Shown: positions 11,865 to 25,725, numbered from the stretch's first letter. The stretch is DNA of 64,000 nt from Macrostomum lignano (GCA_002269645.1 NIVC01001499.1:330606-394605); one strand, 5' to 3'. The notes: generated by a model not told the origin, from the letters alone. Translations and numbers: made by a program.

Positions 11865-13935
11865 TAGATTAAAGATTAGAGAGATAAGAGAGATAATAGA
11901 TGAGAGATCACACAGAAAATAGACGAGAGATTAGAGAGACAATAGATGAGAGAACACACAAAAAATAGATTAGAGATTAGACAAATATTAGATGAGAGAA
12001 CACACAGAGAACAAATTAGAGATCAGACAGATAATAGATGAGAGATCACACAGAGAATAGATGAGAGATAAGACAGATAATAGATGAGGGATCACACAGA
12101 GAATAGATGAGAGATCAGACAGATAATACTGTAGATGAGAGATCACACAGAGAATAGATGAGAGATTAAGCAGATATTAGATGAGAGATCACACAGAGAA
12201 TAGATGAGAGATTAGACAGATATTAGATGAGAGATCACACAGAGAATAGATGAGAGATTAGAGAGATAATAGATGAGAGATCACACAGAGAATAGATAAG
12301 AGACTAAACAGATATTAGATAAGAGATCACACAGAGAATAGATGAGAGATTAGACAGATAATAGATGAGAGATCACACAGAGAATAGATGAGAGATTAGA
12401 CAGATATTAGATGAGAGATCACACAGAGAATAGATAAGAGATTAAACAGATATTAGATGAGAGAACACACTAAAAATAGATTAGAGATTAGACAAATATT
12501 AGATGAGAGATCACACAGAGAATAGATGAGAGATTACAGAGATAATAGATGAGAGATCACACAGAGAATAAATGAAAGATTAGAGAGATAATAGATGAGA
12601 GATCACAGAGAATAGATGAGATGAGAGATCACACAGAGAATAGATGAGAACACACTAAAAATAGATTAGAGATTAGACAAATATTAGATGAGAGATCACA
12701 CAGAGAATAGATAAGAGATTAGAGAGATAATAGATGAGAGATCACAGAGAATAGATGAGAGATTAGAGAGATAATAGATGAGAGATCACACAGAGAATAA
12801 ATGAAAGATTAGAGAGATAATAGATGAGAGATCACAGAGAATAGATGAGATGAGAGATCACATAGAGAATAGATGAGAACACACTAAAAATAGATTAGAG
12901 ATTAGACAAATATTAGATGAGAGATCACACAGAGAATAAATTAGAGATCAGACAGATAATAGATGAGAGATCACACAGAGAATAGATGAGAGATAAGACA
13001 GATAATAGATGAGGGATCACACAGAGAATAGATGAGAGATCAGACAGATAATACTGTAGATGAGAGATCACACAGAGAATAGATGAGAGATTAAGCAGAT
13101 ATTAGATGAGAGATCACACAGAGAATAGATGAGAGATTAGACAGATATTAGATGAGAGATCACACAGAGAATAGATGAGAGATTAGACAGATATTAGATG
13201 AGAGATCACACAGAGAATAGATGAGAGATTAGAGAGATAATAGATGAGAGATCACAGAGAATAGATGAGATGAGAGATCACACAGAGAATAGATGAGAGA
13301 TTAGACAGAGAATAGATGAGAGATCACACAGAGAATAGATGAGAGATTAGAGAGATAATAGATGAGAGATCACACAGAAAATAGATAAGAGATTAGACAG
13401 ATATTAGATGACAGATCACACAGAGAATAGATAAGAGATTAAACAGATATTAGATGAGAGAACACACAAAAAATAGATTAGAGATTAGACAAATATTAGA
13501 TGAGAGATCACACAGAGAATAAATAAGAGATTAAACAGATATTATATGAGAGAACACACAAAAAATAGATTAGAGATTAGACAAATATTAGATGAGAGAT
13601 CACACAGAGAATAGATGAGAGATTAGAGATAATAGATGAGAGATCACACAGAGAATAAATGACAGATTAGAGAGATAATAAATGAGAGATCACACAGAGA
13701 ATATATGAGAGATTAGAGAGATAATAGATGAGAGATCACACAGAGAATAAATGAGAGATTAGAGAGATAATAGATGAGAGATCACAGAGAATAGATGAGA
13801 TGAGAGATCACACAGAGAATAAATAAGAGATTAGAGAGATAATAGATGAGAGATCACAGAGAATAGATGAGATGAGAGATCACACAGAGAATAGATGAGA
13901 GATTAGACAGAGAATAAATAAGATAAATAAATAAG
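11865..13935. repeat. Intronic purine-rich minisatellite, alternating ~23-bp units GAGATCACACAGAGAATAGATGA / GAGATTAGACAGATAATAGATGA
   Basis: Direct periodicity; ends ~40 bp from the exon-2 donor. Confidence 0.95.
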
Positions 13936-13972
13936 ATCCAGACAGTTATAACACAATCAAGAAGCAACCAAC

Positions 13973-14188
13973 CTTATTCTGCCATGTATCCATCAGCTTC
14001 TGCGCCTGATTTTCCAACCGCCGATTCTTGTCGCTATCCTTTCGTCGACGCAGCCGATCGTCCTCTTCTTTTCGTTGGGCATTGCGCAGCATCTCCTGGT
14101 ACTCGCGTTGGTGCCGAGCCAGTTCGCTCAGATCTTTGGGAGGCGCCCCTGTAGGCCGATCCACCGCGATCAGGCCTAGGGTGGACAC
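13973..14188 (-). CDS. TBC1D14: TBC1D12/14-like exon 2 (216 nt, phase 0/0; STLGLIAVDRPTGAPPKDLSELARHQREYQEM...)
   Basis: Acceptor CCGCCAG|GTG at 14189, donor AAG|GTTGGT at 13972; resembles the DRP...RHxxEYxEM segment that precedes the TBC domain in TBC1D12/14. Confidence 0.88.
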
Positions 14189-14239
14189 CTGGCGGGTGAG
14201 GAGCAGGGGTCATCAATTTGCTAGATTGACCTTCACCCT

Positions 14240-15300
14240 GATATCTGTTCTCTATTTATAATATCTTATCTACTCTCCGTGTTTGACCTCTCATCTATTC
14301 TGTATCTAAACTCTTATCTATTTCCTGTGTCTGATCTCTCATCTATTCTGTATCTAAACTCTCATCTATTCTATGTGTCTGATCTCTTATCTATTTCCTG
14401 TGTCTGATCTCTCATCTATTCTGTATCTAAACTCTCATCTATTCTATGTGTCTGATCTCTCTATTTTCTGTGTCTAATCTCTCGTCTATTCTCTGTGACT
14501 AATCTCGCATCTTTCTCCGTGTCTGATCTCTCATCTATTCTGTGTCTGATCTCTCATCTATTCTCTGGTCTAATGTCTCATCTATTCTCCGTGTCTGATC
14601 TCTTATCTATTCCCTGTGTCTGATCTCTCATCTATTCTTTGTCTAAACTCTCATCTATTCTATGTGTCTGATCTCTCTATTTTCTGTGTCTAATCTCTCG
14701 TCTATTCTCTGTGTCTAATCTCGCATCTTTCTCCGTGTCTGATCTCTCGTCTATTCTGTGTCTGATCTCTCATCTATTCTCTGGTCTAATGTCTCATATA
14801 TTCTCTGTGTCTAATCTCGCATCTTTCTCCGTGTCTGATCTCTCATCTATTCTGTGTCTGATCTCTCATCTATTCTCTGGTCTAATGTCTTATATATTCT
14901 CTGTGTCTAATCTCTTATCTATTCCCTGTGTCTGATCTCTCATCTATTCTGTATCTAAACTCTCATCTATTCTATGTGTCTGATCTCTCTATTTTCTGTG
15001 TCTAATCTCTCGTCTATTCTCCGTGTCTGATCTCTCGTCTATTCTGTGTCTGATCTCTCATATATTCTCTGTGTCTAATCTCTTATCTATTCTCTGTGTC
15101 TGATCTCTTATCTATTCTCTGGTCTTATCTCTTATCTATTCTCTGTCTAAACTCTCATCTTTTTTTGTGTCTGATCTCTCTCTTTTCTGCGTCTGATCTC
15201 TATATTTTCTGTGTCTGACCTCTTATCTATTCTCTGTGTCTAATCTCTCATCTATTCTCTTTCTGATCTCTCATCTATTCTCTGTCTGATCTCTCATCGA
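14240..15300. repeat. Intronic pyrimidine-rich minisatellite (TCATCTATTCTCTGTGTCTGATCTC), reverse complement of the 11865-13935 family
   Basis: Direct periodicity; its reverse complement contains CAGAGAATAGATGAGAGATCA and GAGATTAGACA, shared with the left array. Confidence 0.9.
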
Positions 15301-15984
15301 CTCTTTGTGTTGAGGTCTTGAATTTTTTGTCTAAAAAACCTAAACTGAATGTTTGAAATGGCCTTATTAATCCTATCTAATACCTGAATATGTCTAGATA
15401 AAACATATATTTACTCAGCAAAAGTACAAAAGTTGTACACTTACACGGCCCTTAGTCGCCAATATTATTGTACTAATATTTAAACAGGTAATATTACTAA
15501 AATAATTAATAACGATTTCTACTAACTAAACAATAAACCTAGTACAAATAATGGAAGTTGTTTTCTCAAACACACGCTTGCACACTTATACACAGAAGGG
15601 CAGCGGCGCGCTGTAAAGCGCGAGACAAAAAATGAGAGAATAAAAAGGGTTGCAACAAGTCAGCTGAGCGGCTAATTGATATGCATGCATTTATATCAGT
15701 TGCACACAAGATCAAAGGTAAGGAATTAGGAGAGGCACCCCCAGGTAAGGGCTTACAGAGAAACAGGGTGCAATTATATATGCACCACGGTGGCCTTACA
15801 CAGATAGGACAACGTGCAAGAGTTTGTATGTACATTCAGAGTTTGTGCATATAAAATTAAATGTTTCTTCGCGTTCATTTCCCTAACAGCAATGCAGTGC
15901 AGTAAAGTTATTTCATTGCGGTCAAATTGTATAGAGCCTACTTAAAAGTAGGTATGGAGAAGTAGTTAGATAAAGATTCTCATT

Positions 15985-18783
15985 TTGATAAGTTTAAAAT
16001 CCATAATTTTGATCAATTTTAAATCCCCATTTTGATCAATTTAAAATCCTAATTTTGATCAATTTAAAAACCTCATTTTGATCAATTTAAAAACCTCATT
16101 TTGATCAATTTAAAAAACCTCATTTTGATCAATTTAAAAACCTCATTTCGATCAATTTAAAATCCTTATTTTGATCAATTTAAAAACCTCATTTTGATCA
16201 ATTTAAAATCTTCGTTTTGATCAATTTAAAATCCTAATTTTGATTAATTTAAAATCCTCATTTTACTCAATTTAAAATCCTCAGTTCGATCAATTTAAAA
16301 TCCTCGTTTTGATCAATTTAAAATCCTCATTTTGATCAATTTTAAATCCCCCATTTTGATCAATTTAAAATCCTAATTTTGATCAATTTAAAAACCTCAT
16401 TTTGATCAATTTAAAAACCTCATTTTGATCAATTTAAAATCCTCATTTTGATCAATTTAAAATCCTCATTTTGATCAATTTAAAATCCTTGTTCTGATCA
16501 ATTTAAAATCCTCATTTCGATCAATTTAAAAACCTCATTTTGATCAATTTAAAATCCTCATTTCGATCAATTTAAAAACCTCATTTTGATCAATTTAAAA
16601 TCCTCATTTCGATCAATTTAAAAACCTCATTTTGATCAATTTAAAATCTTCGTTTTGATCAATTTAAAATCCTAATTTTGATTAATTTAAAATCCTCATT
16701 TTACTCAATTTAAAATCCTCAGTTCGATCAATTTAAAATCCTCGTTTTGATCAATTTAAAATCCTCATTTTGATCAATTTTAAATCCCCCATTTTGATCA
16801 ATTTAAAATCCTAATTTTGATCAATTTAAAAACCTCATTTTGATCAATTTAAAAACCTCATTTTGATCAATTTAAAATCCTCATTTTGATCAATTTAAAA
16901 TCCTCATTTTGATCAATTTAAAATCCTTGTTCTGATCAATTTAAAATCCTCATTTCGATCAATTTAAAAACCTCATTTTGATCAATTTAAAATCCTCATT
17001 TCGATCAATTTAAAAACCTCATTTTGATCAATTTAAAATCCTCATTTCGATCAATTTAAAAACCTCATTTTGATCAATTTTAAATCCCCATTTTGATCAA
17101 TTTAAAATCCTCATTTTGATCAATTTAAAATCCTCATTTTGATCAATTTAAAAACCTCATTTTGATCAATTTAAAATCCTTGTTCTGATCAATTTAAAAT
17201 CCTCATTTCGATCAATTTAAAAACCTCATTTTGATCAATTTAAAATCCTCATTTCGATCAATTTAAAAACCTCATTTTGATCAATTTAAAATCCTCATTT
17301 TGATTAATTTAAAAACCTCATTTTGATCAATTTAAAATCCTCATTTTGATCAATTTAAAAACCTCATTTTGATCAATTTAAAATCCTTGTTCTGATCAAT
17401 TTAAAATCATCATTTTGATCAATTTAAAATCCTCATTTTGATCAATTTAAAATCCTCATTTTGATCAATTTAAAAACCTCGTTTTGATCAATTTAAAATC
17501 CTCATTTTGATCACCTTAAATCCTCATTTCGATCAATTTAAAATCCTTATTTCGATCAATTTAAAATCCTTATTTTGATCAATTTAAAAACCTCATTTTG
17601 ATCAATTTAAAATCCTCATTTTGATCACCTTAAATCCTCATTTCGATCAATTTAAAATCCTCATTTTGATCAATTTAAAATCCTCATTTTGATCAATTTA
17701 AAATCCTTGTTCTGATCAATTTAAAATCCTCATTTCGATCAATTTAAAAACCTCATTTTGATCAATTTAAAATCCTCATTTTAATCAATTTAAAATCCTC
17801 ATTTTGATCAATTTAAAATCCTTGTTCTGATCAATTTAAAATCCTCATTTTGATCAATTTAAAAACCTCATTTCGATCAATTTAAAATCCTCATTTCGAT
17901 CAATTTAAAAACCTCATTTTGATCAATTTAAAATCCTCATTTCGATCAATTTAAAAACCTCATTTTGATCAATTTAAAATCCTCATTTTGATTAATTTAA
18001 AAACCTCATTTTGATCAATTTAAAATCCTCATTTCGATCAATTTAAAAACCTCATTTTGATCAATTTAAAATCCTCATTTTGATCAATTTAAAATCCTTA
18101 TTTTGATCAATTTAAAATCATCGTTTCAGTCCATTTAAAATCCTTATTTTGATCAATTTAAAATCCTTATTTTAGTCAATTTAAAATCCTTATTTTGATC
18201 AATTTAAAATCATCGTTTTAATCAATTTAAAACTCTCATTTTGATCAATTTAAAATCCTCATTTCAGTCCATTTAAAATCCTTATTTTGATCAATTTAAA
18301 ATCCTTATTTTAGTCAATTAAAAATCCTCATTTCGATCAATTTAAAAACCTCATTTCGATCAATTTAAAATCCTTATTTTGATTAATTTAAAAACCTCAT
18401 TTTGATCAATTTAAAATCCTCATTTCGATCAATTTAAAAACCTCATTTTGATCAATTTAAAATCCTCATTTTGATCAATTTAAAATCCTCATTTTGATCA
18501 ATTTAAAAACATCATTTTGATCAATTAAAAATCCTTGTTCTGATCAATTTAAAATCCTCATTTTGATCAATTTAAAATCCTCATTTTGATCAATTTAAAA
18601 TCCTCATTTTGATCAATTTAAAATCCTTATTTTGATCAATTTAAAATCATCGTTTTAATCAATTTAAAACTCTCATTTTGATCAATTTAAAATCCTCATT
18701 TCAGTCCATTTAAAATCCTTATTTTGATCAATTTAAAATCCTTATTTTAGTCAATTTAAAATCCTCATTTCGGTCAATTTAAA
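15985..18783. repeat. 23-bp AT-rich satellite TTTGATCAATTTAAAATCCTCAT (copy 1)
   Basis: Direct periodicity (17101 to 17124). Confidence 0.97.
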
Positions 18784-19770
18784 ATCTATTTCCTGTGTCT
18801 GATCTCTCATCTATTCTGTATCTAAACTCTCATCTATTCTATGTGTCTGATCTCTTATCTATTTCCTGTGTCTGATCTCTCATCTATTCTGTATCTAAAC
18901 TCTCATCTATTCTATGTGTCTGATCTCTCTATTTTCTGTGTCTAATCTCTCGTCTATTCTCTGTGACTAATCTCGCATCTTTCTCCGTGTCTGATCTCTC
19001 ATCTATTCTGTGTCTGATCTCTCATCTATTCTCTGGTCTAATGTCTCATCTATTCTCCGTGTCTGATCTCTTATCTATTCCCTGTGTCTGATCTCTCATC
19101 TATTCTTTGTCTAAACTCTCATCTATTCTATGTGTCTGATCTCTCTATTTTCTGTGTCTAATCTCTCGTCTATTCTCTGTGTCTAATCTCGCATCTTTCT
19201 CCGTGTCTGATCTCTCGTCTATTCTGTGTCTGATCTCTCATCTATTCTCTGGTCTAATGTCTCATATATTCTCTGTGTCTAATCTCGCATCTTTCTCCGT
19301 GTCTGATCTCTCATCTATTCTGTGTCTGATCTCTCATCTATTCTCTGGTCTAATGTCTTATATATTCTCTGTGTCTAATCTCTTATCTATTCCCTGTGTC
19401 TGATCTCTCATCTATTCTGTATCTAAACTCTCATCTATTCTATGTGTCTGATCTCTCTATTTTCTGTGTCTAATCTCTCGTCTATTCTCCGTGTCTGATC
19501 TCTCGTCTATTCTGTGTCTGATCTCTCATATATTCTCTGTGTCTAATCTCTTATCTATTCTCTGTGTCTAATCTCTTATCTATTCTCTGGTCTTATCTCT
19601 TATCTATTCTCTGTCTAAACTCTCATCTTTTTTTGTGTCTGATCTCTCTCTTTTCTGCGTCTGATCTCTATATTTTCTGTGTCTGACCTCTTATCTATTC
19701 TCTGTGTCTAATCTCTCATCTATTCTCTTTCTGATCTCTCATCTATTCTCTGTCTGATCTCTCATCGACT
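18784..19770. repeat. Second copy of the pyrimidine-rich minisatellite block (part of the 4468-bp duplication)
   Basis: Same sequence as 14316-15300. Confidence 0.92.
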
Positions 19771-20452
19771 CTTTGTGTTGAGGTCTTGAATTTTTTGTCT
19801 AAAAAACCTAAACTGAATGTTTGAAATGGCCTTATTAATCCTATCTAATACCTGAATATGTCTAGATAAAACATATATTTACTCAGCAAAAGTACAAAAG
19901 TTGTACACTTACACGGCCCTTAGTCGCCAATATTATTGTACTAATATTTAAACAGGTAATATTACTAAAATAATTAATAACGATTTCTACTAACTAAACA
20001 ATAAACCTAGTACAAATAATGGAAGTTGTTTTCTCAAACACACGCTTGCACACTTATACACAGAAGGGCAGCGGCGCGCTGTAAAGCGCGAGACAAAAAA
20101 TGAGAGAATAAAAAGGGTTGCAACAAGTCAGCTGAGCGGCTAATTGATATGCATGCATTTATATCAGTTGCACACAAGATCAAAGGTAAGGAATTAGGAG
20201 AGGCACCCCCAGGTAAGGGCTTACAGAGAAACAGGGTGCAATTATATATGCACCACGGTGGCCTTACACAGATAGGACAACGTGCAAGAGTTTGTATGTA
20301 CATTCAGAGTTTGTGCATATAAAATTAAATGTTTCTTCGCGTTCATTTCCCTAACAGCAATGCAGTGCAGTAAAGTTATTTCATTGCGGTCAAATTGTAT
20401 AGAGCCTACTTAAAAGTAGGTATGGAGAAGTAGTTAGATAAAGATTCTCATT

Positions 20453-22700
20453 TTGATAAGTTTAAAATCCATAATTTTGATCAATTTTAAATCCCCATTT
20501 TGATCAATTTAAAATCCTAATTTTGATCAATTTAAAAACCTCATTTTGATCAATTTAAAAACCTCATTTTGATCAATTTAAAAAACCTCATTTTGATCAA
20601 TTTAAAAACCTCATTTCGATCAATTTAAAATCCTTATTTTGATCAATTTAAAATCCAAATAAGGATTAATTTAAAAGGATCAATTCAATGAATAAGGATC
20701 AATTTAAAATTTAAAATCTTCGTTTTGATCAATTTAAAATCCTAATTTTGATTAATTTAAAATCCTCATTCTACTCAATTTAAAATCCTCAGTTCGATCA
20801 ATTTAAAATCCTCGTTTTGATCAATTTAAAATCCTCATTTCGATCAATTTAAAATCCTCATTTTGATCAATTTAAAATCCCCATTTTGATCAATTTAAAA
20901 TCCTAATTTTGATCAATTTAAAATCCTCATTTTGATCAATTTAAAAACCTCATTTTGATCAATTTAAAATCCTCATTTTGATCAATTTAAAATCCTCATT
21001 TTGATCAATTTAAAATCCTCATTTTGATCAATTTAAAAACCTCATTTTGATCAATTTAAAATCCTTGTTCTGATCAATTTAAAATCCTCATTTCGATCAA
21101 TTTAAAAACCTCATTTTGATCAATTTAAAATCCTCATTTCGATCAATTTAAAAACCTCATTTTGATCAATTTAAAATCCTCATTTTGATTAATTTAAAAA
21201 CCTCATTTTGATCAATTTAAAATCCTCATTTTGATCAATTTAAAAACCTCATTTTGATCAATTTAAAATCCTTGTTCTGATCAATTTAAAATCATCATTT
21301 TGATCAATTTAAAATCCTCATTTTGATCAATTTAAAATCCTCATTTTGATCAATTTAAAATCCTCGTTTTGATCAATTTAAAATCCTCATTTTGATCACC
21401 TTAAATCCTCATTTCGATCAATTTAAAATCCTTATTTCGATCAATTTAAAATCCTCATTTTGATCAATTTAAAAACCTCATTTCGATCAATTTAAAATCC
21501 TCATTTCGATCAATTTAAAAACCTCATTTTGATCAATTTAAAATCCTCATTTCGATCAATTTAAAAACCTCATTTTGATCAATTTAAAATCCTCATTTTG
21601 ATTAATTTAAAAACCTCATTTTGATCAATTTAAAATCCTCATTTCGATCAATTTAAAAACCTCATTTTGATCAATTTAAAATCCTCATTTTGATCAATTT
21701 AAAATCCTTATTTTGATCAATTTAAAATCATCGTTTCAGTCCATTTAAAATCCTTATTTTGATCAATTTAAAATCCTTATTTTAGTCAATTTAAAATCCT
21801 TATTTTGATCAATTTAAAATCATCGTTTTAATCAATTTAAAACTCTCATTTTGATCAATTTAAAATCCTCATTTCAGTCCATTTAAAATCCTTATTTTGA
21901 TCAATTTAAAATCCTTATTTTAGTCAATTTAAAATCCTCATTTCGGTCAATTTTGAATCCTCATTTCAGTCAATTTAAAATCCTCATTTCGGTCAATTTT
22001 GAATCCTCATTTCGTTCAATTAAAAATCCTCATTTCGATCAATTTAAAAACCTCATTTCGATCAATTTAAAATCCTTATTTTGATTAATTTAAAAACCTC
22101 ATTTTGATCAATTTAAAATCCTCATTTCGATCAATTTAAAAACCTCATTTTGATCAATTTAAAATCCTCATTTTGATCAATTTAAAATCCTCATTTTGAT
22201 CAATTTAAAAACATCATTTTGATCAATTAAAAATCCTTGTTCTGATCAATTTAAAATCCTCATTTTGATCAATTTAAAATCCTCATTTTGATCAATTTAA
22301 AATCCTCATTTTGATCAATTTAAAATCCTTATTTTGATCAATTTAAAATCATCGTTTTAATCAATTTAAAACTCTCATTTTGATCAATTTAAAATCCTCA
22401 TTTCAGTCCATTTAAAATCCTTATTTTGATCAATTTAAAATCCTTATTTTAGTCAATTTAAAATCCTCATTTCGGTCAATTTAAAATCCTCATTTTGATT
22501 AATTTAAAATCCCCATTTTGATCAATTTAAAATTCTCATTTTGATCAATTTAAAATCCTTATTTCGATCAATTTTGAATCCTCATTTCGTTCAATTAAAA
22601 ATCCTCATTTCGATCAATTTAAAATCCTTATTTTGGTCAATTTAAAATCCTCACTTTGATCAATTTAAAATCCTCACTTTGACCCAACTGAAATCCTCAC
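20453..22700. repeat. 23-bp AT-rich satellite (copy 2), running up to the TBC exon-1 donor
   Basis: Direct periodicity; scrambled/inverted patch at ~20655-20715. Confidence 0.96.
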
Positions 22701-22710
22701 TTTGACTCAC

Positions 22711-23388
22711 CTGCCTTCCATCGGAAGAAATAGAAGAACTGGGACTCCATTTCTCTCGCCAGCCAAACAGTTTATTTAACAGATTGGACTGTTGCTGCTG
22801 TTGCTGCTGTTGCTGCTGCTGCTGCTGAGACTGCAACTGCAACTGCTGTCTCCTAGTAGGACTTCCACCAATAGCAGCAGCAGCAGAGCTCGAGGCGGAG
22901 TCGAACTGTTGCAAAGAGATCCTGTCGCCTTCTGGAAGCGACAGCTCAGTAGAGGCGGACACAAGCGAGGATAAACTAGAAAATGACGAACAATGCTGAA
23001 TACCAGCTGGGTTCAACAGTACGCCGCTGCTACCAGCTTGATGATTTGGCGTACCCGAAGTACTCTGCTGCTGCTGAAGCAGTACGCCATGCAGATCGCT
23101 GGAACTGCGCTGATGAGAGGCGGCAATAAGAGTGGCAGTGCTGGTACGCTTACTAGACACAGAAGAGAAGGATCTCTGCACTGGCGCTGATTGCTCAGCA
23201 GCCTGACGGATATCACCAGAACACAATGTACTTTCTAAGTCCACTGATTCAAAATCGTCTGTTGATTTTTCTTCGGCAGCCGGTTCGCTGTCATCGGTTT
23301 CCATAGCAGTATTAGTACCACCATTAATTATTGGAACTGTTGAGTTATCAGTGTCAGAATGCTCAGACTGTGGTCGCACTTGTTGCAT
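22711..23388 (-). CDS. TBC1D14: TBC1D12/14-like exon 1 (low-complexity S/Q-rich N-terminus); start taken at first in-frame ATG
   Basis: Long ORF, donor CAG|GTGAGT at 22710 in phase 0 with exon 2; true start uncertain (frame open to ~23475); joined protein ~618 aa. Confidence 0.75.
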
Positions 23389-23559
23389 TGTTTCTGTGGC
23401 GCATGTCGTCTCAGACCATGCATTAATTTTGGATTTCAATTTTTTATGAATTATTAAACGTCTTATACAAGCTACTTATAGTAGTAAACAGATAATAAAG
23501 ACACCTTCCTAGTCTTACAAGTATTGCAGGAAAACTACTAACGAATACTAAGCTAGTCA

Positions 23560-24120
23560 GAATGTGGAAAGAGGGTCAGTAGAGGGAATCAGTGAATGCA
23601 GTGAGTCTGTAGAGAAAGAGTTAGTAGTCAATACTTTAGAGTGAGAATCAGCAAAGAAGAGAGTCGGTGGAGTCAGGGAGTCAGTGGAGGGAGAGAAGTC
23701 AGTGGTGAGTCAGCGGAGGGAGAGAAGTCAGTGGAGGGAGTCAGTGGAGGGAGTCAGTGGTGAGTCAGTAGAGGGAGTCAGCGGAGGGAGAGAAGTAAGT
23801 GGAGAGTCAGTGGAGGGAGTCAGCGGAGGGAGAGAAGTAAGTGGAGAGTCAGTGGAGGGAGTCAGTGGAGGGAGTCAGTGGAGGGAGTCAGTGGTGAGAG
23901 TCAGTGGAGGGAGTCAGTGGTGAGAGTCAGTGGAGGGAGTCCGTGGAGGGAGTCAGTGGAGGGAGTCAGTGGAGGGAGTCTGTGGAGGGAGTCAGTGGTG
24001 AGAGTCAGTGGAGGGAGTCAGTGGAGGGAGTCCGTGGAGGGAGTCCGTGGTGAGAGTCCGTTAAAGGAGTCAGAGGAGAGTCAGTGGTGAGTCAGTGGAG
24101 AGAGTCAGTGGAATCATAGG
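23560..24120. repeat. G/A-rich minisatellite, ~15-bp unit GAGTCAGTGGAGGGA
   Basis: Direct periodicity. Confidence 0.9.
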
Positions 24121-24364
24121 TACACAGGAACAGTACCAACCGGGACTGCACGCAAGCAAAATCTGTGGAAACCAAGCAGACACGGGATAAAGACGGCCCC
24201 GCCCAAATAAAAACAGCAAATTCTTTGATCTGAACTAGAATATCAGGTATTATATGAATAACTAAAGCAATGGACATGGCTGCGAGTATGCATACTATAT
24301 ATACAAGGCTAAATTCAGTAACCTGCCGGTAGCCACGCCTATTAGAAAAAGCAAGCGACATCAC
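24092..24364 (-). CDS. Possible small membrane protein or exon (90 aa, one strong hydrophobic segment)
   Basis: ATG-initiated ORF in unique sequence between HDAC and TBC genes; no family recognised. Confidence 0.25.
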   Translation of the reverse strand: MMSLAFSNRRGYRQVTEFSLVYIVCILAAMSIALVIHIIPDILVQIKEFAVFIWAGPSLSRVCLVSTDFACVQSRLVLFLCTYDSTDSLH

Positions 24365-25052
24365 TCAGTCAGGCGTGCAGAAAGAATAGAAATAATTGCG
24401 TTTAAAAGATTCTAACAATACGATGCTTCTTTGGGAACGGAAAACGCTAAAAGATAATCACAGTAGTGGCTCTTCATTTTTGACAAAACTGATATTTAAG
24501 CACAAGGCAGGTGCATCATTATTTTTTCTCTAGGTTGTAAAAGCCACTTTTGTGAGTTGAAATTCAAAAAGGCAATTCTTGTTGCTTTGAGGGCGGTTAG
24601 GGCTTTTATTGCTTGTGACAGTGAGTGTATATGCCTGACGATTGGAAGGTCAGAGGACCGTTGAACACCTCTATGAGAAAGAGTTTCGATATTTATAGAT
24701 AAATATTAATTATTAATAAATACTTACTTACCCTAAAGATTCAGACATAGGAAAAGAAAATATAAGAGAGCTATAAATTGCGGAGGGTTCCTGTTATAAA
24801 TATGATCTACAGACAGTCTGCCGGAGCCAATAGGAATAGACACAAGCTGCATTCTTTTCTAGAAAAGGTGTAGAAAATCATATCAAATCATAAAACTAAC
24901 AATCCCAACTGGTTTAATACTGCATCTGGATTCTGCATTTTAAGGGCTACATCTACTCTACATTCTACAATATTGGTTTGGCTATTACCGGCATTGACAA
25001 CTGTTTAATTCTTCTAATAAATCTTCTAACTGAGTCTGCGATTGCATCTGTT

Positions 25053-25725
25053 CTACAGCTTGGCACCCAGGTCTACACTAGGCCTACAGCTTGGCACCCA
25101 GGTCTACACTAGGCCTACAGCTTGGCACCCAGGTCTATACTAGGCCTACAGCTTGGCACCCAGGTCTACACTAGGCCTACAGCTTGGCATCCAGGTCTAC
25201 ACTAGGCCTACAGCTTGGCATCCAGGTCTACACTAGGCCTACAGCTTGGCATCCAGGTCTACACTAGGCCTACAGCTTGGCATCCAGGTCTACACTAGGC
25301 CTACAGCTTGGCACCCAGGTCTACACTAGGCCTACAGCTTGGCATCCAGGTCTACACTAGGCCTACAGCTTGGCACCCAGGTCTACACTAGGCCTACAGC
25401 TTGGCATCCAGGTCTACACTAGGCCTACAGCTTGGCATCCAGGTCTACACTAGGCCTACAGCTTGGCATCCAGGTCTACACTAGGCCTACAGCTTGGCAT
25501 CCAGGTCTACACTAGGCCTACAGCTTGGCACCCAGGTCTACACTAGGCCTACAGCTTGGCATCCAGGTCTACACTAGGCCTACAGCTTGGCACCCAGGTC
25601 TACACTAGGCCTACAGCTTGGCATCCAGGTCTACACTAGGCCTACAGCTTGGCACCCAGGTCTACACTAGGCCTACAGCTTGGCACCCAGGTCTACACTA
25701 GGCCTACAGCTTGGCACCTAGGTCT
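25053..25725. repeat. Minisatellite, 31-bp unit CTACAGCTTGGCAYCCAGGTCTACACTAGGC, ~21 near-identical copies
   Basis: Direct periodicity (25053 to 25084). Confidence 0.97.

Larger units (their letters stand above)
14316..22650. repeat. Tandem segmental duplication, period 4468 bp (copy 1 14316-18783, copy 2 from 18784), inside TBC intron 1
   Basis: Identical ORFs at 14711/19179 and 15566/20034; the ~700-bp unique spacer is duplicated. Confidence 0.9.

Noticed and set aside
25053-25725. CRISPR-like appearance of regular ~31-bp repeats (also the 82-bp and 44-bp arrays)
   Set aside because: Head-to-tail tandem units with no unique spacers, no cas genes, eukaryotic context
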